The position numbers were made by a program, and so were the translations under genes. Positions 12,293 to 25,506 of a DNA stretch of 64,000 bases are shown piece after piece. This DNA is from Hemiscyllium ocellatum (Eukaryota), in contig NC_083414.1 in the NCBI RefSeq assembly GCF_020745735.1, positions 13,144,001 through 13,208,000 of the forward strand, written 5' to 3'. Each line of letters opens with the position of its first letter. Positions within the stretch are counted from its first letter, which is position 1. A model generated the notes under the pieces. The model was not told the origin of the DNA, made no database searches, and saw only the letters and a list, made by a program, of their open reading frames with translations.

Positions 12293-12389
12293 GTTGTGGT
12301 TGAACAAGCAATTTATCTTCAGAGATTTAGAACTCCATGTCAAAGCTTCAAGTTGTTGATGTGTTGGCTGGTCTGATGATAATCCTGAT

Positions 12390-12579
12390 GTGAAGGAACC
12401 GGTGTTGGACTGTGCTGAACAAAGTTAAAAATCAAGATTAGAGTGATGCTGGAAAAGCACAGCAGGTCAGGCAGTATCCAAGGAGCAGGAAAATCGACGT
12501 TTCGAGGGAAAGCCCTCACCAGATTATAGTCGAACAATTGGACCATAATCTGGTGTTATGTGATTTTCAATTTGGTCAG
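12390..12579. mobile_element. Small inverted-repeat element of a third PLE-like family with a nested HHR-family fragment (~12435-12516)
   Basis: AAAGTTAAAAATCA..CACCAGATTATAGTC is inverted relative to GACCATAATCTGGTGTTATGTGATTTTCAATTT. Possible TSD AATCCTGAT (12381-12389, 12580-12588). Related copies at ~13580-13627 and ~16870-16970. Confidence 0.55.
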
Positions 12580-13033
12580 AATCCTGATATGTGACAAGCA
12601 TAAGGGAAAAAAATAAATTAATTGCTGTACAACATAAAATTAAATACTTAAAAATGAAATATGATAAATGATCCATTGGTCCAAGGATTAGGATTAAAGG
12701 GTGAAATGTGGCAAATGGAATGAGAGGAACCACATGGAGTGTAACACTGCCTGTTTTTGACAAGAGTGCTGGAGAAATTCAGCAAGTCTGGCAACATCCG
12801 TGGTAAGAGAATCGGAGTTTTGAGTCCAGTGTGACTCTTCTTCAGAACTATTTATTGTTTGTTCTGAAGACTCAACATATTTTCTTTCTCTCTTCATAAA
12901 TGTTGCTAGACTTTCCAAGTTTCAGCAGGACTCTGCTTGTTTCAGAAACAGCGACAGTAATATTGGGTTTTTTGCCTTTATATCTCTGCTTCTCACAAAA
13001 TGCAGATGGTGCATTTTCCAACTTTTCACTCAA

Positions 13034-13406
13034 AGGGGTGACCTTATAGAGGTTTACAAAATTATGATGGGCATGGATAGGATAAATAGGCAAAGTCTTT
13101 TCCCTGGGGCCAGGAAGTCCAGACCGAGCGGGCATAGGTTTAGGGTGAGAGGGGAAAGATATAAAAGAGACCTAAGGGGCAACGTTTTCACGCAGAGGAT
13201 GGTACGTGTATGGAATAAGCTGCCAGAGGAAGTGGGGAAGGCTGGTACAATTGCAACATTTAAGATGCATATGAATAGGAAGGGTTTGAAGGGAAATGGA
13301 CCTGGTGCTGGCAGGTGGGACTAGATTGGGTTGGGATATCTGGTCGGCTTGGACAGGTTGGACCGAAGGGTCTGTTTCCATGCTGTATATCTCTATGACT
13401 CTATGA
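13034..13406 (+). mobile_element. CR1/HER1-like LINE 3' end
   Basis: RGDLIEVYKIM, RGNVFTQRMVRVWNKLPEE; tail CTCTATGACTCTATGA. Confidence 0.9.
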
Positions 13407-13639
13407 TTCAAAATATGTGTTAACAAATGGGCCAATTGTTGTTGGCATCCTACTGTGTGTTACAGATGCTCAAGCACCTTATGACACACCTCTGAAACAG
13501 GTAGGACTTGAACTTAGGTCTGCTTAGCGCAAAGGTAGAGACAATATCACTCCACTTCAAGGATACAACCACACGGTTCCTTCCAATTAAACCTGTTGGA
13601 CTATAACCTGGTGTTGCATGATTTATGACGACTCTGCTG

Positions 13640-13907
<268 letters not shown>

Positions 13908-14504
13908 TAGCTCAATTGCTTTGTACCCATCCAATGGCCAGCACCCCCATCTCCATGGAGACCATCTTCTTTCCCAGAAGCTCTGTCATGATTGTTAAAA
14001 ATAATTTCATGCTTAATTGAATTTCTGACTTGACGCTGCTAGCTTTTATTTCGAGTGAATTTGGCCGAATGTTCCAGTGTTGCGTTTAAATAATGAAATA
14101 TCTCCTGTTTTATTTGCCATTTCGCTTTTCTGACATTTCAATGTCACCAATAAACTTATTAAACTAAAACATTAATACCCGTGAAAAGGTTGGAAAGGGA
14201 TGGCGAGTTTGGTTTCTGTATTCAGTCCTCAGTAATTGAAGCACAGTTGATTGTAGTCTGACTTTGCCTAGATACGCATGGGGAGTAGTTTGGAGGAGCT
14301 GTGTGAAAGGAAGCTGTTCTACACGCAGCGTGCACATTGGAAAAGCGATGGTCAGCCTGAGATGAGCTTTGGATGTTTTGTCGATGTTTGGGTGACAAAA
14401 GCAAACTGGGATCAGGACTCACTGGAATTGTAAACTCCCTTTGCTGCCCTCCACTTTGTAAGATACTTCATAGCCCTGCAAATGTTGCTACTGTGTTCCA
14501 ACAT

Positions 14505-14832
14505 AAATAGATAAGATCTTTTCCCTGGGGTGGGGGAGTCCAAAACTAGGGGCACAGATTTAAAGTAAGAGGGGAAAGATTTAAGAGACCTACGGGGCAA
14601 CTTTTTCATGCAGAGGATGGTGCTTGTATGGAATGAGCTGCTAGTGGAAGTGGTGGAGGCTGGTACAATTACAACATTTAAAAAGCATTGGGTGAGTATA
14701 TGAATAAGAAGGGTTTAAGGGAATATGGGCTAAATGCTGGCAAATGGAGCTAGATGAATTTAGGCTGTGTGGTTGGCATGGATGAGTTGGACCGAAGGGT
14801 CTGTTTTTATGTTGTATGTCTCTGTGACTCTA
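14505..14832 (+). mobile_element. CR1 3' end
   Basis: Same 3' sequence and tail as the other CR1 copies. Confidence 0.85.
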
Positions 14833-15000
14833 TTTAGTAAGTAGGTTCCTAGTATGCGTTACACTATGAGCAAAAGTAAATTGAGAACTTACAATCCAAC
14901 ATTTCTTCAACTGTAAAGCAGTTATGAGTGACTTAACCCATTTTTATCACTATCCTAACAACATAAAAGGTGACTTTTGACTTCCATTATCTCAGAGGCA

Positions 15001-15222
15001 AAGAGATGTACAGCTCGGAAACAGACCCTTCAGTCCAATTTGTCCATGCCGATCAGATATCCCAACCCAATCTAATCCCATCTGCCAGCACGCAGCCTAT
15101 ATCCCAACCCATGTCCTTCCTAACATTTCCTATTCATATACCCATCCAGATACCTTTTAAATGTTGCAACTATACTAGCCTCCACCACTTCCCCAGCAGC
15201 CCATTCTACATACACAACACCC
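15001..15222 (-). mobile_element. CR1 3' end
   Basis: GGAAACAGACCCTTCAGTCCAA..CCTTTTAAATGTTGCAA, the reverse complement of the CR1 3' UTR. Confidence 0.8.
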
Positions 15223-16141
15223 TATCTGTTATATTTAAGTGTCTTAAATCTATCATGGACTGTAATGGTCTTTAAAAAAACTAACTTGGTGACAGTGATC
15301 ACTTAATGACAAGTTGATGTTTTCATGAACTGGCTGAATAAACAGGAACTGGACTGATCAGAGATGGAACATGTCATGAAAATGACTGAAGGAAATCTGT
15401 ATCTTCAGTTTGATTTACATCTTTCTCGAAATTTCACGTCATATGAAACTTGCCTGCAGTTTATCCAGTTTGGGAGTGATGTGAGAAAAGGAAACAATGA
15501 AGCTAGACTCAATCAGTAATTGCTTTTCTTTGATTCCTTTTACTATTTTCTAGTCATATTTCAGCTACAATGGTTCTTTTCTCTGGGATTTAATTCATGA
15601 ATACTTTTGCCTTGTTACCTCTTCTCTGTATTCTAAAGCCTCTCAAAACTAATCTTTTCAGTATTTCCTTTCTGTGTCTCTCTTCTCCCATATTCCATTG
15701 TCCTATTTTCTGCTTGCAATTCAGATCTTATAGCTCTTATACAGTGCTTAAATACTTTTATTTGAGTAGTATGCAAATGTATGGAACTAGTTTATTTTGA
15801 AAGCTTATTTGATGCTTGTATTTAATATTGAACTCTTAACAGTGGAGGGAAGATGTTCTTTATACAGTTGAACTAAATGTTGGACTGGTTTTGAGTATGT
15901 TAGCTTACTTTTTAATATGCTTGACTTTTTAAATTTGGATTATTGGCAGGATCTCAAAGTACTCTAGTCAAAATGTGTAGCCACCATCTTTATCTGAGTT
16001 AGGTGAACTACTTTAACAACAGGTGATTTCTGTCAGACATTCAAATCTTCTATTTGGTGCAGTTGTTTCATGAAAACTCATGCCCAGCTTGTGAAATCTG
16101 TACTAAACTGTTGTATTGTGACACCTTGGAATAGTTCAGTT

Positions 16142-17141
16142 AGAGTCATAGAGCTGTACAGCACGGAAACAAATGCTTTGGTCAACTCAGTTCTATGTTC
16201 TAAGAAGTGAGAGGGAGGCAGTAGACAGGAAACTGGTTGGTCCAACCTCTGTCATAGGGTCATAGAAATGTACAGCATGAAAATAGACCCTTAGGTCCGA
16301 TTTGTCTATGCTGCCCAGATAGCTGAAATTAATCTAGTCCCATTTCCCAGCACGTGGACCATAATCCCTATAAATTCTTCCTATTCATCCAGATGTCTTT
16401 TAATGCTGTAATTGTACCAGCCTCCTCCACTTCTTCTGGCAGTTTATTCCATACACGCACCAATCTCTACGTGAAGAAAGTTGCCCCTAGGTCCTTTTTA
16501 AATCTTTCCACTCTCACCCTAAACCTTTGTCCTCTAGTTCAGGATTCCCCGCGACCCCAGGAAAAACACCTTGTCTGTTTACCCTATGCATGTCTCTCAT
16601 GACTTTATAACTTCTATGCCCTCACTCCTCAGATTCCGATGCTCCAGAGAAAACAGCCCCTCCTTCGAGCCCCTCTTAGAGCCTAAACCCTCCAACCCTG
16701 GCAACATCCTTGTAAATCATTTCTGAACGCTTTCAAGTTTCACAACATCCTTCTTAAAGCAGAGACCAGAACTGCACACAGTATTCCAAAAATGTCCTAA
16801 CCAATGTCCTGTACAGTTGCAATAAGACCTCCCAACCCCTTTACACAATGCACTGACCAGTAAAGGCAAACTTAAAAATCACAACACCAACCTGTTGCAC
16901 AACAACCTGATGTTGTGTGGTATTTAACTATGTCCACCCCAGTCCAATACTTGGTACCTCCTCATCATGTCTGCCATCAACACTATTAAAAGCAAGCATA
17001 TCTTGTCTACCTGAGACTCGACTTTCAAGGAACTATGAACTTGCACTTCAAGGTTTCTTTGTTCAGCAACACTCCCCGGGACCTTACCATTAAGTGTATA
17101 AGTCCTGCTCTGATTTGCCTATCCAAACTGCAGTACCTCAT
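16142..17141 (-). mobile_element. CR1 3' fragment(s) with a nested small inverted element at ~16870-16970
   Basis: Colinear with the copy at 4078-5077. Confidence 0.8.
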
Positions 17142-17265
17142 GAAACATTAAAAAATGCTTATACTTAGTGCCTTCCTGGATCTCTCAAAGCACAATGGCT
17201 GTTACATCAGATCTGGCAGTTGTTATAGTTACTGCATGGGCTTATAAATACCAATGATATGAATG

Positions 17266-17420
17266 AGGTAAAAGCAATGACTGCAGATGCTGGAAACCAG
17301 ATTCTGGATTAGTGGTGCTGGAACAGCACAGCAGTTCAGGCAGCATCCGGGGAGCAGATTTTACTGCTCCTCGGATGCTGCCTGAACTGCTGTGCTTTTC
17401 CAGCACCACTAATCCAGAAT
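17266..17420. mobile_element. 155-bp palindromic PLE-derived insertion, 15-bp TSD
   Basis: CCAATGATATGAATG at 17251-17265 and 17421-17435. Arms 17301-17357 and 17364-17420; 35-nt extension 17266-17300. Confidence 0.9.
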
Positions 17421-17486
17421 CCAATGATATGAATGGTAATCTGATAGAATTGGGAATGTTGCAATTTTCTAGTTTTCTTTGGAAAT

Positions 17487-18048
17487 GGTTTGTGCGAAGA
17501 TTTTTAGCTCGGGTGCTCATTGTTGTGGTTCTGTTCGCCGAGCTGGAAGTTTTTGTTGCAAACGTTTCGTCCCCTGGCTAGGCGACATCATCAGTGCTCT
17601 GGAGCCTCCTGCGAAGCGCTTCTTTGATGTTTCTTCCGGTATTTATAGTGGTCTGTCCTTGCCGCTTCCGGGTGTTAGTTTCAGCTGTCCGCTGTAGTGG
17701 TTGGTATATTGGGTCCAGGTCGATGTGTTTGTTGATGGAGTTTGTGGATGAATGCCATGCCTCTAGGAATTCCCTGGCTGTTCTGTCTGGCTTGCCCTAT
17801 GATAGTAGTGTTTTCCCAGTCGAATTCATGTTGCTTGTTGTCTGCGTGTGTGGCTACTAGGGATAGCTGGTCGTGTCGTTTCGTGGCTAGTTGATGTTCA
17901 TGTATGCGGATTGTTAGCTGTCTTCCTGTTTGTCCTATATAGTGTTTTGTGCAGTCCTTGCATGGTATTTTGTAAACTACATTAGTTTTGCTCATGTTGG
18001 GTATCGGGTCCTTTGTTCTAGTGAGTTGTTGTCTGAGCGTGGCTGTTA
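17487..18048 (-). mobile_element. Poseidon-like Penelope 3' fragment (GIY-YIG plus HHR)
   Basis: NVVYKIPCKDCTKHYIGQTGR; HHR motif on the reverse strand at ~17558-17597; probable TSD TTGGAAAT (17479-17486, 18049-18056). Confidence 0.9.
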
Positions 18049-18319
18049 TTGGAAATTATGATGAGATTTTAAAAATCTGTTCAATTAACATATTTCACCC
18101 TCAATTTCACGTGATATCTGAAGAATCAACTCACTCTGTAATGCTGAATGGATGCTAAGTTGTCACTGGTATGGAACTTTTTTTTTGAATGGTATTATCC
18201 TTCCATATTTAAGGGCTAACAAAGTGCTGTTCACTCTGGGATCAATAACTGTTTCGTGGCCTAGTTGTGACAATATCACAGACACTTTTTTAAGTGGCTG
18301 GCAGTAAAGCAAACACAAG

Positions 18320-20150
18320 AAAGTTGCTCCCGTATCACAGCATAAGAAATGGGTTTAGGCCAGCTGGCCCCTCAAGTCTGTCTCTTCACACAACAGCTCC
18401 TCTTTCCTGTCTTTGTAGTAACCTTTATTCAATACGGTTACACCTGATTCATTCTTCTCTCAAACTGCAAGTGATTTCTATCCTATTATGGTCACTGCCC
18501 CCGAGGGGTCCCTTCACCTTCGACTCTAAACAAGTCTGCCTCATTGCATGTTATTAAATCCAGAATTGCCTGTGGTGTAGTGGGCTCTACCACAAGCTGC
18601 TCCAAAAAAAACTTGACATTTTCTTGAGATCCACAACCATCTGATTTTCACAGTCCACTTCAACATTGAAGTCCCCTGTGATAATTGTAATATGTTCTTT
18701 CTTACATGCCTTTCCTACCTGCTAATTTATTTTCTTCCCACCCCCAACCCCAATCCTGTCTACTGTTTGGAGATCCGTACATAACTCCCATTAGAATCTT
18801 TCTTCCATTACAGTTCCTTAACTCTACCCACACAGATTATTTGATTCTGTATCACTTCTTCCTGTCGATTTAATTTCATTTCTTACTAGCAAGGCAACAC
18901 TACCCATTCTGTGCATTTGCTTCTCCTTTGAGAGGTTGTTTATCCTTGGATTCCCTTTCAGCCACATCTGTGATACCTACAACATCATACCCCAACTTCA
19001 ATCTGCATTGTAAGCTTGTTTACTTTGTTTCATATACTGCACGCATTTAAGTACAAATACCCTCAGTCCTGCATTGACTGGCCCCTTTTCATAATCTGCT
19101 GTGCCTGGAATTAGATTCCTGACCCTTTTCTTATCCTTTGTTCCATTATTTATTCTGAAAACTTGAACATCTGAGCAAACCCCCCCCCCCCCCAACTTTT
19201 TCTATAATTTTCCATGCAACTGACCCCCTCCCTCCCCCGATTCTTTTAGTTTAAAGCCCTATCTACAGCCCTACTTATATGATTCTGGTCTCAGCATGAC
19301 TCAAGTAGACCGTGACCCATAGGAACAGTTTTCTTCTTCCCTAGTACTGATGCCAATGTCACATGAATTCAAATTCGTTTCTCCACACCGATCTCTGAGC
19401 CAAGCATTTACCTCTTTTTAATCTTGTTGACCTTGTGCCAGTTTGCTCCTGGCTGACATGGTAATCTGGAGAATATTATCTTATTGGTTTTGCTTTATAA
19501 TTCCTAGCTGCTCATCTTCCCTTGACAGAATCTCTTTCTTTTTTCCTCTTTCTACCCGTATTGTTGATACCTATGTGGACCACAGCAACCGGATCTTGCC
19601 CTCCCCCTCCAAATTCCTCTGCAGCCCAGATGAGATATCCTGAATCCGGACACCACAGTGTTCTGGATTCTCTATTCTGGCCACAGAGAACAGTGTCTAT
19701 TTCCCTGACTCTACTCTCCCTGATTACAACTGAATTTCACTTTTCTCCTCCCTCTTGAATGACTCTCTGTACCATAGTGCTCTGTTCTGCTTGCTCATCC
19801 TTCCTACAGCTCCCACTCTAATTCACAAGGGAGCAAGAGTCTCAAGGGCTGAGGTTCGTTCAGCACTCCTCCTGGATCCCTCTACCTGCCTAACTCATAT
19901 TCACACCCTCCTGGCTCTGACTACTGATCAAACTTGAGGTAGTTAACTTAAGGAGTGTGACTGCCTTCTGAAACACAGCATCCAGATTACTTTTCCTCCA
20001 CCTGATGTGTCGCAATGTTCAAAGCTCAGACTACAACTTGTCAACTCTGAGCCGCGTTCCTCAAGCAACTAGCACTTGCTACAAATGCGGTCACTATAAA
20101 CCACAGTGGGGTCCACCAGCTGCCACATCATGCAGCACATCGCCTTGCCC
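18320..20150 (-). mobile_element. Old degenerate CR1 5'/ORF1-endonuclease region
   Basis: Reverse-strand remnants such as GDFN (GAAGTCCCC ~18668) and N(A)RS-like endonuclease start (~19005); no intact ORF. Boundaries approximate. Confidence 0.55.
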
Positions 20151-20323
20151 AGGTTCTGTCTTTTAGTTTGTAACCTGTAAATATTTGCGCTCTTAACTTC
20201 AATCCCAAAATAACCCATAATAGTCAAATTAGAAGCTATCACCATCCAATGAATTTTTGGTTTACCTGTGATGTCAGTCTATTGTGCTGGGCCTAGATTC
20301 TAAGTAGGGTTTAAATCAACTAG

Positions 20324-20397
20324 CCGAAACATCGATTTTACTGCTCCTCGGATGCTGCCTGAACTGCTGTGCTCTTCCAGCATCACTAATCCAGATT
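20324..20397 (+). mobile_element. Solo short-arm PLE fragment (same family as 17266-17420)
   Basis: CCGAAACATCGATTTTACTGCTCCTCGGATGCTGCCTGAACTG..AATCCAGATT; it ends at the same point as the short arm at 17420. Confidence 0.8.
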
Positions 20398-20409
20398 CTC
20401 AGCTTCAGT

Positions 20410-21090
20410 TGTCATGGTTAAATAAAACTTACAAACTATGAGCCAAAAAAAATCTTGTTCCTCTCTTCACTGAACTCGCATATGGCACCAAATCCCCTGA
20501 ACTATGTACTCACTTATGTTGGGGGCTAGGCCAGATCCTCCTCAAAATATTTCAAGGAAGTAGCCCAGATCCTAACTTTTTCTTATTTTAAAGGCAGCTG
20601 TGAAGTGGATTTTCCAGGGATGGTGCAACTGATCAAATCACTCAGCTTTACGCAAAACAATTTATTTAAACACCACAGTTGAAGCACAAACAAAAGAAAG
20701 CAGAACTTAGAATAATGTAACTATTGGAAATCTTAACTGGCCTGATACAGCGACTATTACTACTTAACTGTTCCAATACTGTAACATCCCATAAACACAC
20801 CGCTTGGCAAAAAGGTAAAGTTAAACACAGATTCTTACAGACTGGAGGGAACAACATCCAGAAAGATATTTCAGAGAAAGTCCGAGGAATCCTTTACTGA
20901 AGCTTGCAATTCTTCTGGACTGGCACATGTTGTGACTGCTACAGCTAAAAAAAAATATTTTTTTTTACCTGGGAGAATTGGTTACTCTCCTTCCATTGTT
21001 AAACTTTTTTTTATATAAAAACTCAAAGGCCTCTTAAACCTAGACTCTGGCACCTCTGCCTTTACAACCTCTCTTGAAAAAAAAACCAAG
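20410..21090 (-). mobile_element. Possible LTR remnant
   Basis: Starts TGTCATG, has a reverse-strand AATAAA-like signal (TTTATT ~20661) and no ORF; truncated by a CR1. Not confirmed. Confidence 0.35.
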
Positions 21091-21091
21091 G

Positions 21092-21913
21092 ACCTCAGAT
21101 TACAATGGGATCTTGATCAGATGGGCAAGTGGGCTGAGAAGTGGCAAATGGAGTTTAATTTAGATAAATGCGAGGTGCAACATTTTAGGAAAGTGAATCT
21201 TAGCAGGTCTTATACACTTAATAGTAAGGTCTTAGGGAGTGTTGCTGAACAAAGAGATCTTGGACTGCAGGTTCATAGCTCCTTGAAAGTGGAGTCGCAG
21301 GTAGATAGGATAGTGAAGAAGACATTTGGTATGCTTTTCTTTATTGGTCAGAATATTGAGTGCAGGAGTTGGGAGGTCATGTTGCGACTGTACAGGACAT
21401 TGGTTAGGTTACTTTTGGAATATTGCGTGCAATTCTGGTCTCCTTCCTATTGGGAAAGATATTGTGAAACTGTTCAGAAAAGATTTACAAGGATGTTGCC
21501 AGGATTGGAGGGTTTGAGCTATAGCAAGAAGTTGAATAGGCTGGGCTGTGGGGTGACCTTATAGAGATTTATAAAATTATGAGGGGCATGGACAGGGTAA
21601 ATAGACAAAGTCTTTTCCCTGGGGAGTCCAGAACTAGAGAGAATAGGTTTAGGGTGAGAGGGGAAAGATATAAAAGAGACCTAAGGGACAACTGTTTCAC
21701 ACAGAGGGTGGTACGTGTATGGAATGAGCTGCCAGAGGAAGTGGTGGAGGCTAGTACAATTGCAACATTTTAAAAGGCATCTGGATGATCTGAATAGGAA
21801 GGGTTTGGAGTGATATGGGCCAAGTGCTAGATTGGGTTGGGATATCTGGTTGGCATGGACAAGTTGGACTGAAGGGTCTGTTTCTGTGCTGTACATCTCT
21901 ATGACTCTATGAC
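21092..21913 (+). mobile_element. CR1/HER1-like LINE 3' fragment
   Basis: WAEKWQMEFNLDKCEV, LYRTLVR.LLEYCVQFWSP; tail CTCTATGACTCTATGA. Confidence 0.92.
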
Positions 21914-22926
21914 AAAAATAAACATTTTAGAGTGACAGTCTGAGTGGGACGATGCTCTTGCTCTGGATGGAATCTCTACTTCCTGACCGTGTGGAGCTTA
22001 CTGATCGTGCACTTCCAACAGGCCCTTTCTTAAAAGTCTGATTTCAGATCGTCTTCTACTAATTTCTTTGATGATGTTGCAGTGTACTACCATTGGAAAT
22101 CATTAAATTGTGTGGGACATGGGGTTTTCTTTAAGGGTGAATGAGGAAAATGCTTTGATTTGCTTCTTTTTAAAATAAACTCATTTGATGGCCGAAGTTT
22201 GAAATAAGATTTAATTCTGAAATGCTGCCACAGTTTAAAGGAAAACTTGCGGAGGCGTATAATAATTCCAGCCAAAAGTTAACAGAAACAATTCTGGATT
22301 TATCTTGAGCATGATATCAAATGTTAAATTTTTATACTTGCGCTGAGGAAAATTCTTCCAGAGACAATTGGGCTCAGCATGAGAATAATCAAAACATGGC
22401 ACCCAAAATGTTTTACAGCTGCTTAATATGTTAAAAAGATCACATTATAGGATAATTTGTGAGTGAAAAGATGCATTTCCAAAGATTATGCTCAGTTTTA
22501 GTGCAAAGTAACACAGAACAACCACTGGATGGAGCCTATGCCAACTTAAAAGAATTTGAGTACAAGAAGATTAGAAATGCAGAGTTTATGAAAGGACTCT
22601 ACTGGCCTGGCAAGCCTATTGCTCACTGAACCAGTGTTATGTCCCTATCTTTCTTTATGTATGCACCATCATATTCTGTTGTGTACCCTGCACTTTCTAT
22701 GCTCATAGTTGATGCTGTTCTCTGATCAAAGGTTCAGAAAAGGAAGTTATTTTTCAATAAATTACAGACTAGCCAAAATTCTGTATCAGTACTTGATAAA
22801 AGTCAAAAATGCATGATTATTTTGAAGGTTATCAAATTATTTATGTCAATTTTGATATTTTCATCTCTCTGACAAAATCTCAATTTCCTTTGCACTTAAC
22901 GTGTATTCTGTTAATTTTTTTTGCAG

Positions 22927-22984
22927 TCAAGTTCTGATCAGAAGTAGAATCCTGAGAGAAAATGGCAGATATATCCCAAAACAG
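22927..22984 (+). CDS. EMC3: EMC3 exon 2 (58 nt)
   Basis: (S)QVLIRSRILRENGRYIPKQ; TTTTTTTGCAG acceptor, GTGACT donor. Confidence 0.97.
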
Positions 22985-23379
22985 GTGACTCTTAACTTCT
23001 TTACTTAATTTCACAAAAATTACATTTTGGGCCTTGTCAATTAATGCTCAACTCATGTTTAGTTTTGAGCCATTGTCGTTGATTGTTAAATTTAGTAACA
23101 GAAATTTTATTTTGTGAACCATGTGCCATTTTGCAGTCTCAATGGTAGATATCTGGCTTACTGCTCCTCAGTTCTTGATTTATTACTAGGCACAAAGAGG
23201 TCCCAAGATTCAACCTGTTGTTCTTTTTTATGTTCAAATTTTATCCTGAAAAGTATTGGCATCTGTAATAAACTCTCTTGTTTAGTTAAAAAATGAGAAT
23301 ATTCAAATTCTTTTTGCTTTCTAATGGCCTTGTTCTTTTTCAGTTTTTATGTAGAGTATATGATATGCAGGATTTGCCG

Positions 23380-24032
23380 GTACCCCACCCCCTTACCTCC
23401 CTTCAGGGTCCCAAACAATCCTTCCAGGTGAGACAGAGTTTCACCTGCCCGTCTTCCAATTTAGTTTACTACATCAAATACTCCCGATGTGGTCTTCACT
23501 CCCTCGGGGAGACCAAACGTAAACTTAGGGAATGGTTTGCCGAGCATCTCAACTGGGCCTGCAGGGCCGACCATACCTCCCTCACCGCCCATTTTAATTC
23601 CCATCCCACTCCTTTCCAATATGACCATCCATGGCCCCTTCCATTGCCACAATGAACCAAACTGCAAATTGGAGGAACAACACCTCATCTTCTGCCTGGG
23701 CAGCCTACAATCTGGAGGACTCAACATTGAGTTCTCCAGTTTCACATAACCTCCCCTCGCAGCACTTCCCCCTCCCTTCCACTCCTCCCTGCCACCAACT
23801 GAATTCATTCCTCCCATTGACCAACCGGGTTGTACCCTCTACCTATCCCCACTTCACTACTCTGCCCTTGCCACCCCCTTTATCTGTACCCCTACATCCA
23901 CCCCCTGTCATGAAGAAGGGTGACACCTAAATCGTTGACTTCTCCACCTCCCTGATGCTGCCTGGCTTGCTGTGTTCTTCCAGCCTCCTGCCTGTCTACT
24001 TTGGATTTTAGCATCTGCAGTTTTATAGTCTC
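23380..24032 (+). mobile_element. Neptune-like PLE 3' fragment (GIY-YIG remnant, decayed HHR)
   Basis: FTCPSSNLVYYIKYSRCG..GETKRKL..FAEH and LEEQHLIFCLGSLQ..GLNIEFS; decayed HHR at ~23908-23940. Confidence 0.85.
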
Positions 24033-24329
24033 TAAGTGCTGTGATATGGCTTGATAGCTGGCAACTGCAATCTGGTAACCTTATCTAAGTTGTCATTCTT
24101 GGTGTGAATATTGAATATTTAATAGGCTGCTTAAGCATCATATTGTTCCTGCTCAGCAGCCAAACGTAGAAACTTGTAGCAGTGGTAACAAGTAAGCCAT
24201 TAAATGCAGGGTCATTCTTATTTTCCAGGTTAATGTGATACTGAGGCCCATCATTACCATAAACTAATTAAGAACAATGGATTGATCTTGGAATCTGACT
24301 GTTGGACGCAAACAGCTGTTCAAAAATAT

Positions 24330-25506
24330 GTTGTGGTTCTGCTCGCCGAGCTGGAAGTTTTTGCTGCAAACGTTTCGTTCCCTGGCTAGGGAACACCATC
24401 AGTGCTGTTGGAGCCTCGTGTGAAGCGCTGCTTTGATGTTTCTTCCGGTATTTATATTGGTTTGTTCTTGCCGCTTCCGGGTGTCAGTTTCAGCTGCAGT
24501 GATTTGTATGTGGGGTCCAGGTCGATGTGTCTGTTGATGGATGTTCTTGCCGTTTCCGGGTGTCAGTTTCAGCTGTAGTGGTTTGTATATGGTGTCCAGA
24601 TCAATGTGTCTGTTGATGGAGTTTGGGGATGAATGCCATGCTTCTAGGAATTCTCTGGCTGTTCTCTGTCTGGCTTGTCCTATGATAGTGGTGTTTTCCC
24701 AGTCAAATTCATGTTGCTGGTTGTCTGAGTGTATGGCTACTAGAGATAGCTGGTCGTGTCGTTTTGTGGCTAGCTGATGTTCATGGATGCGGATTGTTAG
24801 CTGTCTTCCTGTTTGTCCTATATAGTGTCCTATATAGCGACCTTTAGGACTCATAACAGCACACAAGCCAACATCCACGCTCAGACAACAACTCACTAGA
24901 ACAAAGGACCCAATACCCAGCATGAGCCAAACTAACGTAGTTTACAAAATACCATGCAAGGACTGCACAAAACACTATATAGGACAAACAGGAAGACAGC
25001 TACCAATCCGCATCCATGAACATCAGCTAGCCACAAAACGACACGACCAGCTATCTCTAGTAGCCATACACTCAGACAACCAGCAACATGAATTTGACTG
25101 GGAAAACACCACTATCATAGGACAAGCCAGACAGAGAACAGCCAGAGAATTCCTAGAAGCATGGCATTCATCCCCAAACTCCATCAACAGACACATTGAC
25201 CTGGACACCATATACAAACCACTACAGCTGAAACTGACACCCGGAAACGGCAAGAACATCCATCAACAGACACATCGACCTGGACCCCACATACAAATCA
25301 CTGCAGCTGAAACTGACACCCGGAAGCGGCAAGAACAAACCAATATAAATACCGGAAGAAACATCAAAGCAGCGCTTCACACGAGGCTCCAACAGCACTG
25401 ATGATGTTCCCTAGCCAGGGAACGAAACGTTTGCAGCAAAAACTTCCAGCTCGGCGAGCAGAACCACAACAACGGATACCCGAGCTACAAATCTTCAATC
25501 AGATTT
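24330..25506. mobile_element. Head-to-head palindromic Poseidon-like Penelope insertion, 13-bp TSD
   Basis: TGTTCAAAAATAT at 24317-24329 and 25507-25519. Arms 24330-24828 and 24972-25470 (499 bp each); 36-nt tail 25471-25506. GIY-YIG ORF at 24922-25401. Confidence 0.93.
25395..25434 (+). ncRNA. Minimal type I hammerhead ribozyme motif (PLE-associated)
   Basis: GCA-CTGATGA-T-GTTCCCT-AGCC-AGGGAAC-GAAA-CG-TT-TGC: intact core, 7-bp stem II, 3-bp stem I, palindromic stem III (AACGTT). Confidence 0.75.

Noticed and set aside
24330-25506. Palindromes as assembly or chimeric-read artefacts
   Set aside because: Each is bracketed by a TSD, most arms differ by substitutions, and the tail asymmetry recurs; this fits genuine insertion, though raw reads were not available.
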